Source: Candidatus Latescibacterota bacterium
GTDB lineage: Bacteria > Latescibacterota > UBA2968 > GCA-2709665
NCBI GenBank assembly: GCA_965222075.1
Contig: OZ244937.1
Coordinates: 1,728,001-1,792,000, forward strand
Length of the DNA: 64,000 nt
Reading direction: 5' to 3'
Positions within the stretch are counted from its first letter, which is position 1. Each line of letters starts with the position of its first letter. Position numbers and translations under genes: made by a program. This document shows positions 22,198 to 30,736 of this stretch, in pieces. A model generated the notes under the pieces. The model did no database searches. It saw nothing but the letters and a program-made list of their open reading frames with translations, and was not told where the DNA came from.

Positions 22198-22938
22198 GTG
22201 GCCCGCTACGATGCCTATGACCCCTTTTCTCGCATCTACGATCAGCATTGGGGTTCCTTCGCGGCGAAAGTGTACCCGATCCTCGACCATTTGGTGTTGG
22301 GGGATCTCCCGCCTGGCTGCGCCATCCTGGATCTGTGTTGTGGGACGGGGCAGCTTGCCGCTAAGCTTTCGGAGGAGGGATACATTACAACGGGCCTGGA
22401 TGGATCGGAGGGGATGATTGAGATGGCGAGGAGAAATGCACCGGACGTGGAATTCCTCGTCCAGGACGCCCGGAACATCTCTCTGAACCGCAGGTTTTCG
22501 GCAGTTTTCTCGACCTTCGACAGCCTCAATCACGTGATGAGCCTGGACGAGTTGGAGCAGGTGTTTCAGAGCGTTCACTCCGTCCTGGAAGAGGGTGGCT
22601 ACTTCGAGTTTGACCTTAATATGGAAGAGGCCTACCTGTCGAGATGGTGTGGCACGTTCGGATATGTAGAGGACAATCACGTGTGCGTGGTTCGGTCATC
22701 GAACGATGAGAAAGAGAAGATCGGAAAAATGGACCTGACTTTGTTTGAGTTGAACGGTACGAACTGGAAGCGGACCGACTTCTCCCTGTTGCAGCGCTGG
22801 TATCAGGAAAGTGACATCAGAGAACGACTTCGAAGGGCTGGATTTGGAAGGCTCCTCACGTTCGATGGGAAGGACCCAATCGTGGAGGGGGCACCGAAGT
22901 ACGCAGGCCGGATGTTTTTCGTCGCAAGAAAACCATAG
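22198..22938 (+). CDS. Class I SAM-dependent methyltransferase
   Basis: GTG start after GGAGGAG; ILDLCCGTG, FDSLNH. Confidence 0.88.
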   Translation: MARYDAYDPFSRIYDQHWGSFAAKVYPILDHLVLGDLPPGCAILDLCCGTGQLAAKLSEEGYITTGLDGSEGMIEMARRNAPDVEFLVQDARNISLNRRFSAVFSTFDSLNHVMSLDELEQVFQSVHSVLEEGGYFEFDLNMEEAYLSRWCGTFGYVEDNHVCVVRSSNDEKEKIGKMDLTLFELNGTNWKRTDFSLLQRWYQESDIRERLRRAGFGRLLTFDGKDPIVEGAPKYAGRMFFVARKP

Positions 22939-22949
22939 AAGCAAACGCC

Positions 22950-22980
22950 GGCTAACATCGTGTTCCCGGCTACGGCGGCT
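22950..22980 (+). repeat. Left half of attC-like site 5
   Basis: GGCTAAC-ATCGTGTTCCCGGCTACGG resembles site 1 (GTCTAAC-ACCGTGCCCCCGGCTACGG); right arm not found. Confidence 0.5.
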
Positions 22981-23045
22981 GTGTCGGATCCGGCCATCGA
23001 GTTCGCTTAGATGAGATGAACGCGTAAAGGAAAAGAGAGGAAGAA

Positions 23046-24410
23046 ATGAAGCGCGAACACATTTTTGCCCATTACGAAAAGGACGCACCCCGGTACTGGA
23101 AGCTGAGAGAAGGCGGCTATGCCAGCCCGATAAGTGTGTATCAGGGAGATGAGATAACGTTCCATATATCGAATTCCAGATCGTACTACGATGTATTTGT
23201 GTTCCACGAAGGGGCAAAACGGCGTCTGGTAAAGGAGATAAACGACCTGCGTGGCGGGCTTCCCCCGGTCCCCGAGTTTGGATATCGGGATGGATTCGCC
23301 TGGCCCGCGACGGTCGCGTTCCGGGTGCCTCGCGACTGGCAGAGCGGTGTCTACATCGCCAGTTTTCCCACTGCACAGGGGATCCGGGAAATCCTGTTCG
23401 TCGTTCGCCCGCGTGTTCCCAGCGCGCCGATTCTCCTGACAATCGAGACCAATACGTATGCCGCGTATAACCCTGTGGGTGGTAAAAGTCTCTTCCATTA
23501 CCTGTCTACGGACCGCACGCACAGCGACCTGGTGACCTTTGAGCGCCCCCTGCAGCCGGACATCATGGGCGGATTCTATGCCTGGGATCAGTTCATCACC
23601 TCATGGCTGGACGCCGAGGGTTACCAGGTAGACTACTGCGTCAACGCCGACCACGATCAGCAGCCGGATCTCCTGGATGACTACCCTGCACACCTCAGGA
23701 TCGGTCATGGCGAGTACTCCAGCCGCGAAGAATGCGAGCAGCTTCAGCGGTTCGTAGCACGTGGCGGCAACCTGATGGTGCTCGCCGGTAACTCTTTCTC
23801 GCACCTGGTCGAGACCAGGGCCGACGGACGCCAGCTCTACTGTGCCAAGACCCGGTACAAAAAGCATCCGCTCGGCACGCCGGAAGCCCCCCATACATCC
23901 TTTCTCCGCGCAATCGATAATCTGCGTCAGCGCACCATTGGCGTTTCCTATACGGCTGCTGTCAACGCGAAGAGCAAGGTTCCCGGCGAGATTATTGCAC
24001 CCACAACCGGAGAATACGGATTCTTCCGCGTGACCCGGCCCGACCACTGGGCATTCGAAGGAACCGGGTTGGAGGAAGGGGATGAATTTGGCCGGGAGGA
24101 TTCGATCGTTGGGGTCGAATGCGACGGCGGCGACATCGAATTCAAGGATGGGAAACCACGGTTTACAGGCCGCGACGGAATCAGCCCGCATTACCGGATC
24201 ATCGCGATCGGAGACGCAGAAGACCACGGTTTCAACGCGGACATGGGGATCCACCAGGACCGGTTCTACGCCACCGTCGCGGTCAATGAAACGGAGTTCA
24301 AGGGGACTGTCTTCACGGCGGCAACCATGGAGTGGGCGCACGGTCTTTACCGGAACAGCGGTCCGGTGGCACAGATCACACGCAATGTCCTGGACCGCCT
24401 GGGCAGGTAG
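23046..24410 (+). CDS. N,N-dimethylformamidase beta-subunit-like protein
   Basis: GYASPISV, DWQSGVY, TNTYAAYN, GHGEYSS, GGNLMVLAGN, VGVECDG, VFTAATMEW motifs. Confidence 0.75.
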   Translation: MKREHIFAHYEKDAPRYWKLREGGYASPISVYQGDEITFHISNSRSYYDVFVFHEGAKRRLVKEINDLRGGLPPVPEFGYRDGFAWPATVAFRVPRDWQSGVYIASFPTAQGIREILFVVRPRVPSAPILLTIETNTYAAYNPVGGKSLFHYLSTDRTHSDLVTFERPLQPDIMGGFYAWDQFITSWLDAEGYQVDYCVNADHDQQPDLLDDYPAHLRIGHGEYSSREECEQLQRFVARGGNLMVLAGNSFSHLVETRADGRQLYCAKTRYKKHPLGTPEAPHTSFLRAIDNLRQRTIGVSYTAAVNAKSKVPGEIIAPTTGEYGFFRVTRPDHWAFEGTGLEEGDEFGREDSIVGVECDGGDIEFKDGKPRFTGRDGISPHYRIIAIGDAEDHGFNADMGIHQDRFYATVAVNETEFKGTVFTAATMEWAHGLYRNSGPVAQITRNVLDRLGR

Positions 24411-24472
24411 ATGATATTTCGCAAGAGCAGCGGTCCCGGGGACCGTACCGTAGTCCAAAAAGTGAAAACCAC

Positions 24473-24500
24473 TTGACATTTTTCCAGTCTTTATTAGATT
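24473..24500 (+). promoter_or_regulatory. Sigma70-like promoter of tRNA-Glu
   Basis: TTGACA-16bp-TAGATT about 20 nt before the tRNA. Confidence 0.6.
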
Positions 24501-24519
24501 TTCTTGAATTCCATAAGGT

Positions 24520-24595
24520 GACCCCGTCGTTCAGTGGCCCAGGACACCAGACTCTCACTCTGGAGACGGGGGTTCGACTCCCCTCGGGGTCACCA
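24520..24595 (+). tRNA. tRNA-Glu (anticodon CTC)
   Basis: Cloverleaf: acceptor GACCCCG/CGGGGTC, anticodon arm CCAGA-CTCTCAC-TCTGG, T loop TTCGACT, encoded CCA; 76 nt. Confidence 0.96.
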
Positions 24596-24697
24596 ATTTT
24601 ATGATACATAGAATAAGCAGCCCTTCTGACCATGGGATCAGGAGGGCGTTGCCTTTAAGGGGTATAAGGTTAAGGACCAGCTGGCTCCTCGCATCTT

Positions 24698-25021
24698 GTG
24701 GGTCAATCGGGGGAGTTCAGAAAAGCGTTTGCGGCCGCCACCGTACACGATTTTTTCAATATTCTGAGCATCCTGGTATTCCTGCCGTTGGAATTCGCGT
24801 TCGGTTTTCTTGAAAAACTGAGCGGTGTGATGACCCATATCATCGAGAACATCGGGTCTGTTGATGCAGGGGGAAAGGGCATAGTGAAGGTCGTCGTCGG
24901 TTTCGGTACCCGGCTTGTAGTCCCCGCTCCCCGACGTGTGGGCGGGTTTGGTTCTGATCGTCGCAGGAATCGCGCTCATTTGTGCATTTTTCGGCATTCC
25001 GGGAGCGCTCGTGTTTGTTAG
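24698..25021 (+). pseudogene. Internal fragment of a Na/Pi cotransporter (NptA-like)
   Basis: EFRKAFAAATVHDFFNILS..LPLE motif of the NaPi-II family; no full gene. Confidence 0.7.
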
Positions 25022-25118
25022 TGCATGGCTGTCCTGAGCGCTGTATGCAAGAGAGGGATGTTGACAGGCAGCGGGGCGGTTGCTGAAGGTGATGTGCCTA
25101 TTATAGTTGAAATTTAGA

Positions 25119-25227
25119 GGGCTCCAGACTTACGTTTGGGTATGTGAGTTGTAAAACAGCGTACCCGTAAGAAAGGAGCCCGAAGTTTTCGCGTGGGTGT
25201 CCTGTGGGGCGGGACCACGGGCGAAAA
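25119..25227. ncRNA. Candidate structured RNA (two tandem hairpins)
   Basis: GGGCTCC/GGAGCCC, CTTAC/GTAAG and GGGTATG/CGTACCC nested stems, then a TTTTCGC/GCGAAAA-closed hairpin. Confidence 0.35.
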
Positions 25228-25253
25228 GGTTTTTGGGTAGATGTCTTGTCAAT

Positions 25254-25421
25254 CGCTTAGAAAACAGGATCTTGGCACACGCAGCGGTATTTTCCTGCGG
25301 TCAAAGCGATGAAAGACCTGGTCAACCGCGGCGATCTGGGGTCGGTGATCATGGCCTACGACGTGTGGCACAAGCCCTATGGCCCGTACAACCGTCCGGA
25401 ATGGATGCTGGACCGCGGCGG
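25254..25421 (+). repeat. Deleted duplicate of the 5' region and an internal part of the Gfo/Idh/MocA gene at 34057
   Basis: CGCTTAGAAAACAGGATCTTG matches 34032-34052; the following ~145 bp closely match 34419-34571. Confidence 0.85.
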
Positions 25422-25442
25422 ACATCCCGGAGAGATTCAGTC

Positions 25443-26885
25443 ATGACGCAAACCGACTTCAATGATGTCGAATGGACCCAGCGCCTGGCGCTGGCTCTCG
25501 CCAGACTGGCGGAAAAGCAAAGGCCTTACGTGGAGGAGTTGGCCGAAGGCCGTCGACGAAACACAGGTGTGGAGAGGGATGACCTGTTCTCCATTCGTCT
25601 CCCTCATCCGTCGGACGACCTACTTCCCCTCTATGCCAAGACGTCTTTCAGCGAAGGACGATACTTCGAGAGGCATTACCGATCTCTCCGGTTTGCATTG
25701 GATGAGGTGCGGAATGTTCTTGGAGAGCATCCCGTGTTCCAGAGGGTACTGGATCCTTCCGACGAGAGGCAGAAATTCTGGGTTCAAGTCGCGAACCACG
25801 GCGGACGTATAGGCCTGCTGGCGATAGTTGGCGGCCTGATGGGGCGCGCAATAGAAGTGCCGGAAGACGGCTTCAGGGTGGCGTCTTCCGAACTGAACGC
25901 ACAGCTCAATTTGAGCCGGGACGAGCCAGCGATGCTTCCTGGCGTTCAAAACACAGGTTACCACGTCGCACTCTTCCACGGTTTGCGATTCAACGAGAAG
26001 ATGAAGATCACGAACGAAATGACTGTCGTGCCCTTTGACCAGACACGCGCTTTCGTAAACGTCAACGTATTCCGGGATATCGCGCCTGATATAATCAAGT
26101 ATAACAACACGAAATCCGTAGGAGCGGTCCTGAAACCCTTTCGATGGAAACCGGAGTTTCTCTCATCAGGCAAGCAATGGGAACCCGAATTGGATTGGGC
26201 CGAGTCGTTTTCCGGCGATGCGCAGGCCTTCGTTGAATTGCTTGCTGTATCCCACGGGGCACCGGTCGTTTACCTGATGGAGATTCCGCACTGCATAGAT
26301 CGATCGACATCCTATCTACTGGGCGAACCGCACTATCATAGCAGCATTAGCTGGGGCCGTTCCGCAAATTCATTCGATAGGTTTCTAAGAACTCAAGACT
26401 TGCGCATGGACGCGTTCGAGGAAGCCAAACGGGTTTTCCAGGAGCGGAACAGCAGCCAGTTTCAAAAATACGCGCCCGTCATATCGAGGCTTGCCGAATC
26501 GCTTGCGCGAAGCGGTCGGTTCAAGTCGGAAGACAGGATACTCGATGTCGCGATTGCCCTGGAGCGGATGTACGGCCTGGACAGCGGAGAAATCACCTTC
26601 AAATTGAAAACGAGAGCGGCCTGTTTTTTGGAACACGATACAAAAGGCCGGATGCAGGTTTTCAAGGATGTCAAAGACTTCTACGATGCGCGGTCGGATA
26701 TCGTTCACGACCGGCAGAAAAAGGCATTGGTCAAGCAGAATATTGAGGCATTCGACAAGGGATTCGAGGTGGCGCGACGGTCGCTATTCAAACTTCTGCA
26801 CAACGGCCCGCCCTCAGACTGGAACGAAATGGTAATCGCGGCGGGAGATCGGGCGACCCGACCGGATCCAGTTGCCGAAGATTGA
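25443..26885 (+). CDS. ApeA-like HEPN domain protein
   Basis: C-terminal LDVAIALERMY...FKLKTRAACFL...FYDARSDIVH (RxxxxH HEPN motif); start at 25443 after GGAGAG. Confidence 0.75.
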   Translation: MTQTDFNDVEWTQRLALALARLAEKQRPYVEELAEGRRRNTGVERDDLFSIRLPHPSDDLLPLYAKTSFSEGRYFERHYRSLRFALDEVRNVLGEHPVFQRVLDPSDERQKFWVQVANHGGRIGLLAIVGGLMGRAIEVPEDGFRVASSELNAQLNLSRDEPAMLPGVQNTGYHVALFHGLRFNEKMKITNEMTVVPFDQTRAFVNVNVFRDIAPDIIKYNNTKSVGAVLKPFRWKPEFLSSGKQWEPELDWAESFSGDAQAFVELLAVSHGAPVVYLMEIPHCIDRSTSYLLGEPHYHSSISWGRSANSFDRFLRTQDLRMDAFEEAKRVFQERNSSQFQKYAPVISRLAESLARSGRFKSEDRILDVAIALERMYGLDSGEITFKLKTRAACFLEHDTKGRMQVFKDVKDFYDARSDIVHDRQKKALVKQNIEAFDKGFEVARRSLFKLLHNGPPSDWNEMVIAAGDRATRPDPVAED

Positions 26886-26967
26886 GCTAATGGCCGGCAG
26901 CAAGCGTAGACCTGCGGCCCGATGACCACTGGGCGCGAATATTTGAACAAATCAAACGGACAGGACA

Positions 26968-27325
26968 GTGGCGAAGCCTGAAGCACACTACCACGGGCAT
27001 CGGAAGCGTCTTCGCGAACGTTTCCAACAGAGTGGCCTGGCGGGATTCGCAGAGCACGAGGTCATTGAGTTGCTGTTGACCCTGGCCATTCCGCGCCTGG
27101 ACGTGAAGCAGCCCGCCAAGGCACTGCTCAAGCAATTCGGTAGCCTGCAAGGAGTCCTGGATGCTCCGCTAACCGAACTGCAGTCGGTGAAGGGCATCGG
27201 CAAGGTCGCTGCGATCTCCCTGAAAGTCATCCGCGAAGCGGCGACGCTCTACCTGCTGGAGACATCCGAGGAATCACAAGTGCTGCGCGACCCGGAGCGG
27301 CTCAGTGACTTCTGGCGGATTCGGT
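26968..27325 (+). pseudogene. radC: RadC-like protein, N-terminal half only (JAB domain missing)
   Basis: GHRKRLRERF..GL..FAEHEVIELLL..AIPRLDVK..AKALLKQFGSL, HhH VKGIG; truncated by the IS remnant. Confidence 0.8.
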
Positions 27326-27580
27326 CGGGGACTGTTTTGACAACGCGATGTGTGAGAGCTTCTTCGCCACCGTAGAATGCGAACTCCTCGACCGCTACTG
27401 CTTTCGCACTTTCCAGGAGGCGCAACGGATCCTCTTCGAGTATATCTCGAGGGGTGGTACAATCCACATCGCAGACATTCAGCTTTGGGGTACCACTCAC
27501 CCACAACCTACGAGGAAAACCATCAAACATGGGCTTGACACCCAAGCCTAAAACCGTCCACGAAACCGGGGTAACCCTAA
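27326..27580 (+). mobile_element. IS3-family remnant (transposase C-terminus and right end)
   Basis: DNAMCESFFAT.ECELL, frameshifted EGWYNPHRRHSALGYHSP, followed by CCGTCCACGAAACCGGGGTAACCC, an IS3-type terminal repeat. Confidence 0.8.
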
Positions 27581-27615
27581 CTTTACCTTGACTTGTGAGG
27601 AGGAGAAAACAGGCC

Positions 27616-29313
27616 ATGATTAACATCCAACCTCAGTACATCACACTTGCACAATTGTCTCAGAATCGCCTATTTAGAATCCCGCAGTATCAACGGTCAT
27701 ACAGTTGGCACAGTAAGCAACGACAAGATTTGTTCGCGGACATCCAAAAGATATACGACCACGGAAAGGGTCGCTCACATTTCATGGCGACTGTAGTGGG
27801 ACTCAGACGCAAAGCAAAAACAATTGGAACTACAGAGCATCAATTCATAGACATTGTTGATGGACAACAGCGAATCACAACACTCATCCTGTTGCTCAAG
27901 GCTATCGCCGTGGTATGCGACCATTCGGATATAACTGATGCAAAAATCCGTGACGAAATCAACAATTCGTTGATCAAAGACGACAATGCTACCCTTCTGT
28001 TGCTGCAAACCAATCACGACAGCAGCGACTACTTCGCAAATTACCTCAGACGCGGAAGGCATCCGTCTTCAGAGGACGCCAAAACCATCGCCGATTATGA
28101 GCTTCTGGCTGCTATCGAGGAGTGTGAGCAGTTCGTAACTGATTGGCAGAGTGCCAACAATCTTCTTGTCGACCTAGTGACTCTGCTGAAGAATAGGCTG
28201 ACCTTTATTTTGCACGAAATCAGCGACGAATCGCTTGTGTATACCGTGTTCGAGGTCCTTAACAGCCGAGGCCTTGATGTATCATGGTTCGACCGCCTTA
28301 AGAGCATGCTGATGGCCATCGTGTTTGATCGTGCGGGGAATAAGTCTGAGATCATTGACATGGTCCACTCGCTTTGGACGCAAATATACCGCTGTGTAGG
28401 GCTCCGATTGGGTCTGAGTACGGAATCCCTACGTTTTGCCGCTACGCTTCGTCATCTGGTATGCCCAAATCGCCCATTGGGTGAAGAAGAGGCCGCGCTT
28501 ATGCTTTACAATCAGTCCAAAGATGGCGCAAAACAGGTAATTGAGACAACTCAATGGCTAAAAGATGTAACCGTAGCGGTGGATCAATTAGCAGCCAAAC
28601 GTCCGAGGGATGCAGTTACTAGAATTGTGCAAGCTAGAATGGTAGCGACGGCGGTGCATTTGCGTCAAGATTTTACCAAAGATGAAAGAAGCAGGATACT
28701 CCACAGATGGGAAAAAGTAACCTTCCGCATATATGGAATGTTTAGAAAGGACGCACGCTGGGCTGTCGGTGATTACGTACGGCTCGCTTGGAGTATTATG
28801 AACGAGCAGTTATCTTGCGATGAGACACTCAAAAGGTTGGCTGAGATTGGCAGGAAATTTCCAGTTGCTGAAGCAGTAGAGAATCTGCGTGATGCGAATT
28901 GCTACGATTACTGGAGAGAAGAGCTACGTTACTTCCTGCACAAGTACGAGGAACACCTGTCGAAGAAGGCTGGACAGAACTTTGACAACGAGCAATGGCG
29001 TCGCATCTGGGCAAGCAGCTCTGCAAAGTCTATCGAGCACATACGCCCGAAGAATTGGTGGATCTCGCGAGGCAAGGAGTCCGAGGAGGGCAGAATGCAC
29101 GGCCTTGGCAATTTACTCTTACTTCCGCCAGGGCTAAACTCCAAATTGCAAGACAGACCCACACGCAAAAAGGCAGAGGCTTATACTAAGACAGGGCTCC
29201 TAATTACACAAGAGGTTGCCGACCTTGTGTCCACATCTGGCTGGACACTTAAGACAATGAAAGAGCGTGAGAGTCATCTGCTGGAGTGGGCAATCCAAGA
29301 ATGGTCAGACTAG
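27616..29313 (+). CDS. DUF262-DUF1524 (GmrSD-like) modification-dependent restriction protein
   Basis: IPQYQRSYSW, VDGQQRITT, FEVLNSRG..L, C-terminal SIEHIRP...LGNLLLL...N HNH-like motif; lower GC. Confidence 0.88.
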   Translation: MINIQPQYITLAQLSQNRLFRIPQYQRSYSWHSKQRQDLFADIQKIYDHGKGRSHFMATVVGLRRKAKTIGTTEHQFIDIVDGQQRITTLILLLKAIAVVCDHSDITDAKIRDEINNSLIKDDNATLLLLQTNHDSSDYFANYLRRGRHPSSEDAKTIADYELLAAIEECEQFVTDWQSANNLLVDLVTLLKNRLTFILHEISDESLVYTVFEVLNSRGLDVSWFDRLKSMLMAIVFDRAGNKSEIIDMVHSLWTQIYRCVGLRLGLSTESLRFAATLRHLVCPNRPLGEEEAALMLYNQSKDGAKQVIETTQWLKDVTVAVDQLAAKRPRDAVTRIVQARMVATAVHLRQDFTKDERSRILHRWEKVTFRIYGMFRKDARWAVGDYVRLAWSIMNEQLSCDETLKRLAEIGRKFPVAEAVENLRDANCYDYWREELRYFLHKYEEHLSKKAGQNFDNEQWRRIWASSSAKSIEHIRPKNWWISRGKESEEGRMHGLGNLLLLPPGLNSKLQDRPTRKKAEAYTKTGLLITQEVADLVSTSGWTLKTMKERESHLLEWAIQEWSD

Positions 29314-29968
29314 CAGGTTGCTCAAGAGCGGACCACGGTATACTGAAACCAGAACAGTGTTTTCCGTCGGCGTGACCCAATACAGGGGCCTGTGGCGGTC
29401 GCCTGAGGGTCCTCACAGCCCTGACCGATTCGGCCTCGATCCGACGCTATCTGTAGGGGGTAGGGTTGCCGGCGGTGCCCTCAACGAGGGCCCTGCCTCA
29501 GCCGTAGTTCGATTTCGCCACCTGACTTGCCTTGTCGACCGCCTCCCTGCGCCAGAACCGCACGAGTTGGTGGGCCCTGAAGGGTTTCCCCGCGAACGGG
29601 GTTGATCCCGATAGGTGCGGCCCGGCAACCCAACCGCACCGGGAGCCCTGCCGAAGGATCTGCAATCGATCTTCAGGGAGCTTTGCCCGACCCGTGCGTG
29701 CGTCGCCTTGACAGAGGCCCCAAAAGGTGCCTTATTTTACCTATACTCAGTGGATGAATTTCTATACCAAAGTTTTGACCCGCTTACAGAGCTAGGGCTG
29801 AAACTGTAGGTCAGTTTTGAGGCACCCACAGAAGAAGAACAGGCACAGAATGCTGTGGACGAAATCAAAAGTGACTTGTGCGATCTTGGACTTGATGAGG
29901 ACGCATCTGCCAGTTAAAAGCGTTAGGATCTGACAAGATGTATATCTCTCCAAGAAGGAAAACTTCCG

Positions 29969-30736
29969 ATGGGACATGAAAGATCAGGAACACTTCCCCG
30001 TTCGCAGCAATGGCGAAGTGTTGTCGCTCAAATAGCCGAATTTCCAGAAGAAGGCAAAGTTTCAGACGTTGCTAAAGCAACGATCTCTAACGTTCGGAAG
30101 CAGTTCCTTCAGATTCATAGAGATGAAGGTGTAATAGCAGCATTTGGTTTCCTTATAGCGCTTTCGCGCTCTTCCATCTCAGATCAATCTGAACGCCCCT
30201 ATGTAGACCTCTCATCAAATCCCTCGCCTCTCCGAATCTCTGTGAACCTGTCCAAATGGGTCAAAGCTCACACCAATTCTTTTGAATATGCAGATATTGC
30301 ACAGAAAGCGGCCACAGATGCTGTCGGCAAATGGACCCGGCAACAACAGCAGCAACAGACCATCTTCCCTGAATATAGCGATGCTGCTGAAGTGTGGCGC
30401 AAAGCAGGTGACGGTAGAGGGTTTTGTGAAGTGGCACGACTGTTCTTTGCCAAATTTACACAGAGATATCTCAACTATTTTCTTGAGCGAGAAGCTTCGG
30501 CGGTTTTGCCAGGCCTGCAGGAACGTGATGAATTCTCCGATATTTTGGAAGAGCATATCGACACTGTTTCTGATCATGCGTTTGAAACTGCCAGAATTGC
30601 GCAGTCGTTTGCTGCTGGGTGGTACAACAATCACGCTCGTGAGGAAATGCCATCAAATGAAGAAATAGAGCGATTTTTAGAGTTGGCGTTTGGCAAAATC
30701 CGTGAGGAATTGATGCGGGAGAGTGTTCAGATATGA
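29969..30736 (+). CDS. Hypothetical helical protein, putative QueC partner (QatB-like role)
   Basis: 255 aa starting MGHERSGTLP; AAGGA RBS; ATGA overlap with the QueC-like gene. Confidence 0.75.
   Translation: MGHERSGTLPRSQQWRSVVAQIAEFPEEGKVSDVAKATISNVRKQFLQIHRDEGVIAAFGFLIALSRSSISDQSERPYVDLSSNPSPLRISVNLSKWVKAHTNSFEYADIAQKAATDAVGKWTRQQQQQQTIFPEYSDAAEVWRKAGDGRGFCEVARLFFAKFTQRYLNYFLEREASAVLPGLQERDEFSDILEEHIDTVSDHAFETARIAQSFAAGWYNNHAREEMPSNEEIERFLELAFGKIREELMRESVQI

Noticed and set aside
19294-22980. Repeats considered as a CRISPR array
   Set aside because: Units are separated by whole genes, are imperfect, and no cas genes are present; an attC interpretation fits better.
24575-24595. tRNA 3' end as a duplicated att site of an integrated element
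   Set aside because: I found no second copy of the tRNA 3' end and no integrase in the window by eye.
24332-24633. Short ORFs overlapping the tRNA
   Set aside because: Spurious frames across tRNA-Glu and its promoter.
25197-25442. N-terminal extension of the HEPN ORF given in the ORF track
   Set aside because: It consists of the out-of-frame Gfo duplicate; the real start is more likely ATG 25443.
29330-29800. GC-richer spacer inside the island as an IS or gene
   Set aside because: No recognisable transposase motif, terminal repeat pair or convincing ORF; left unannotated.
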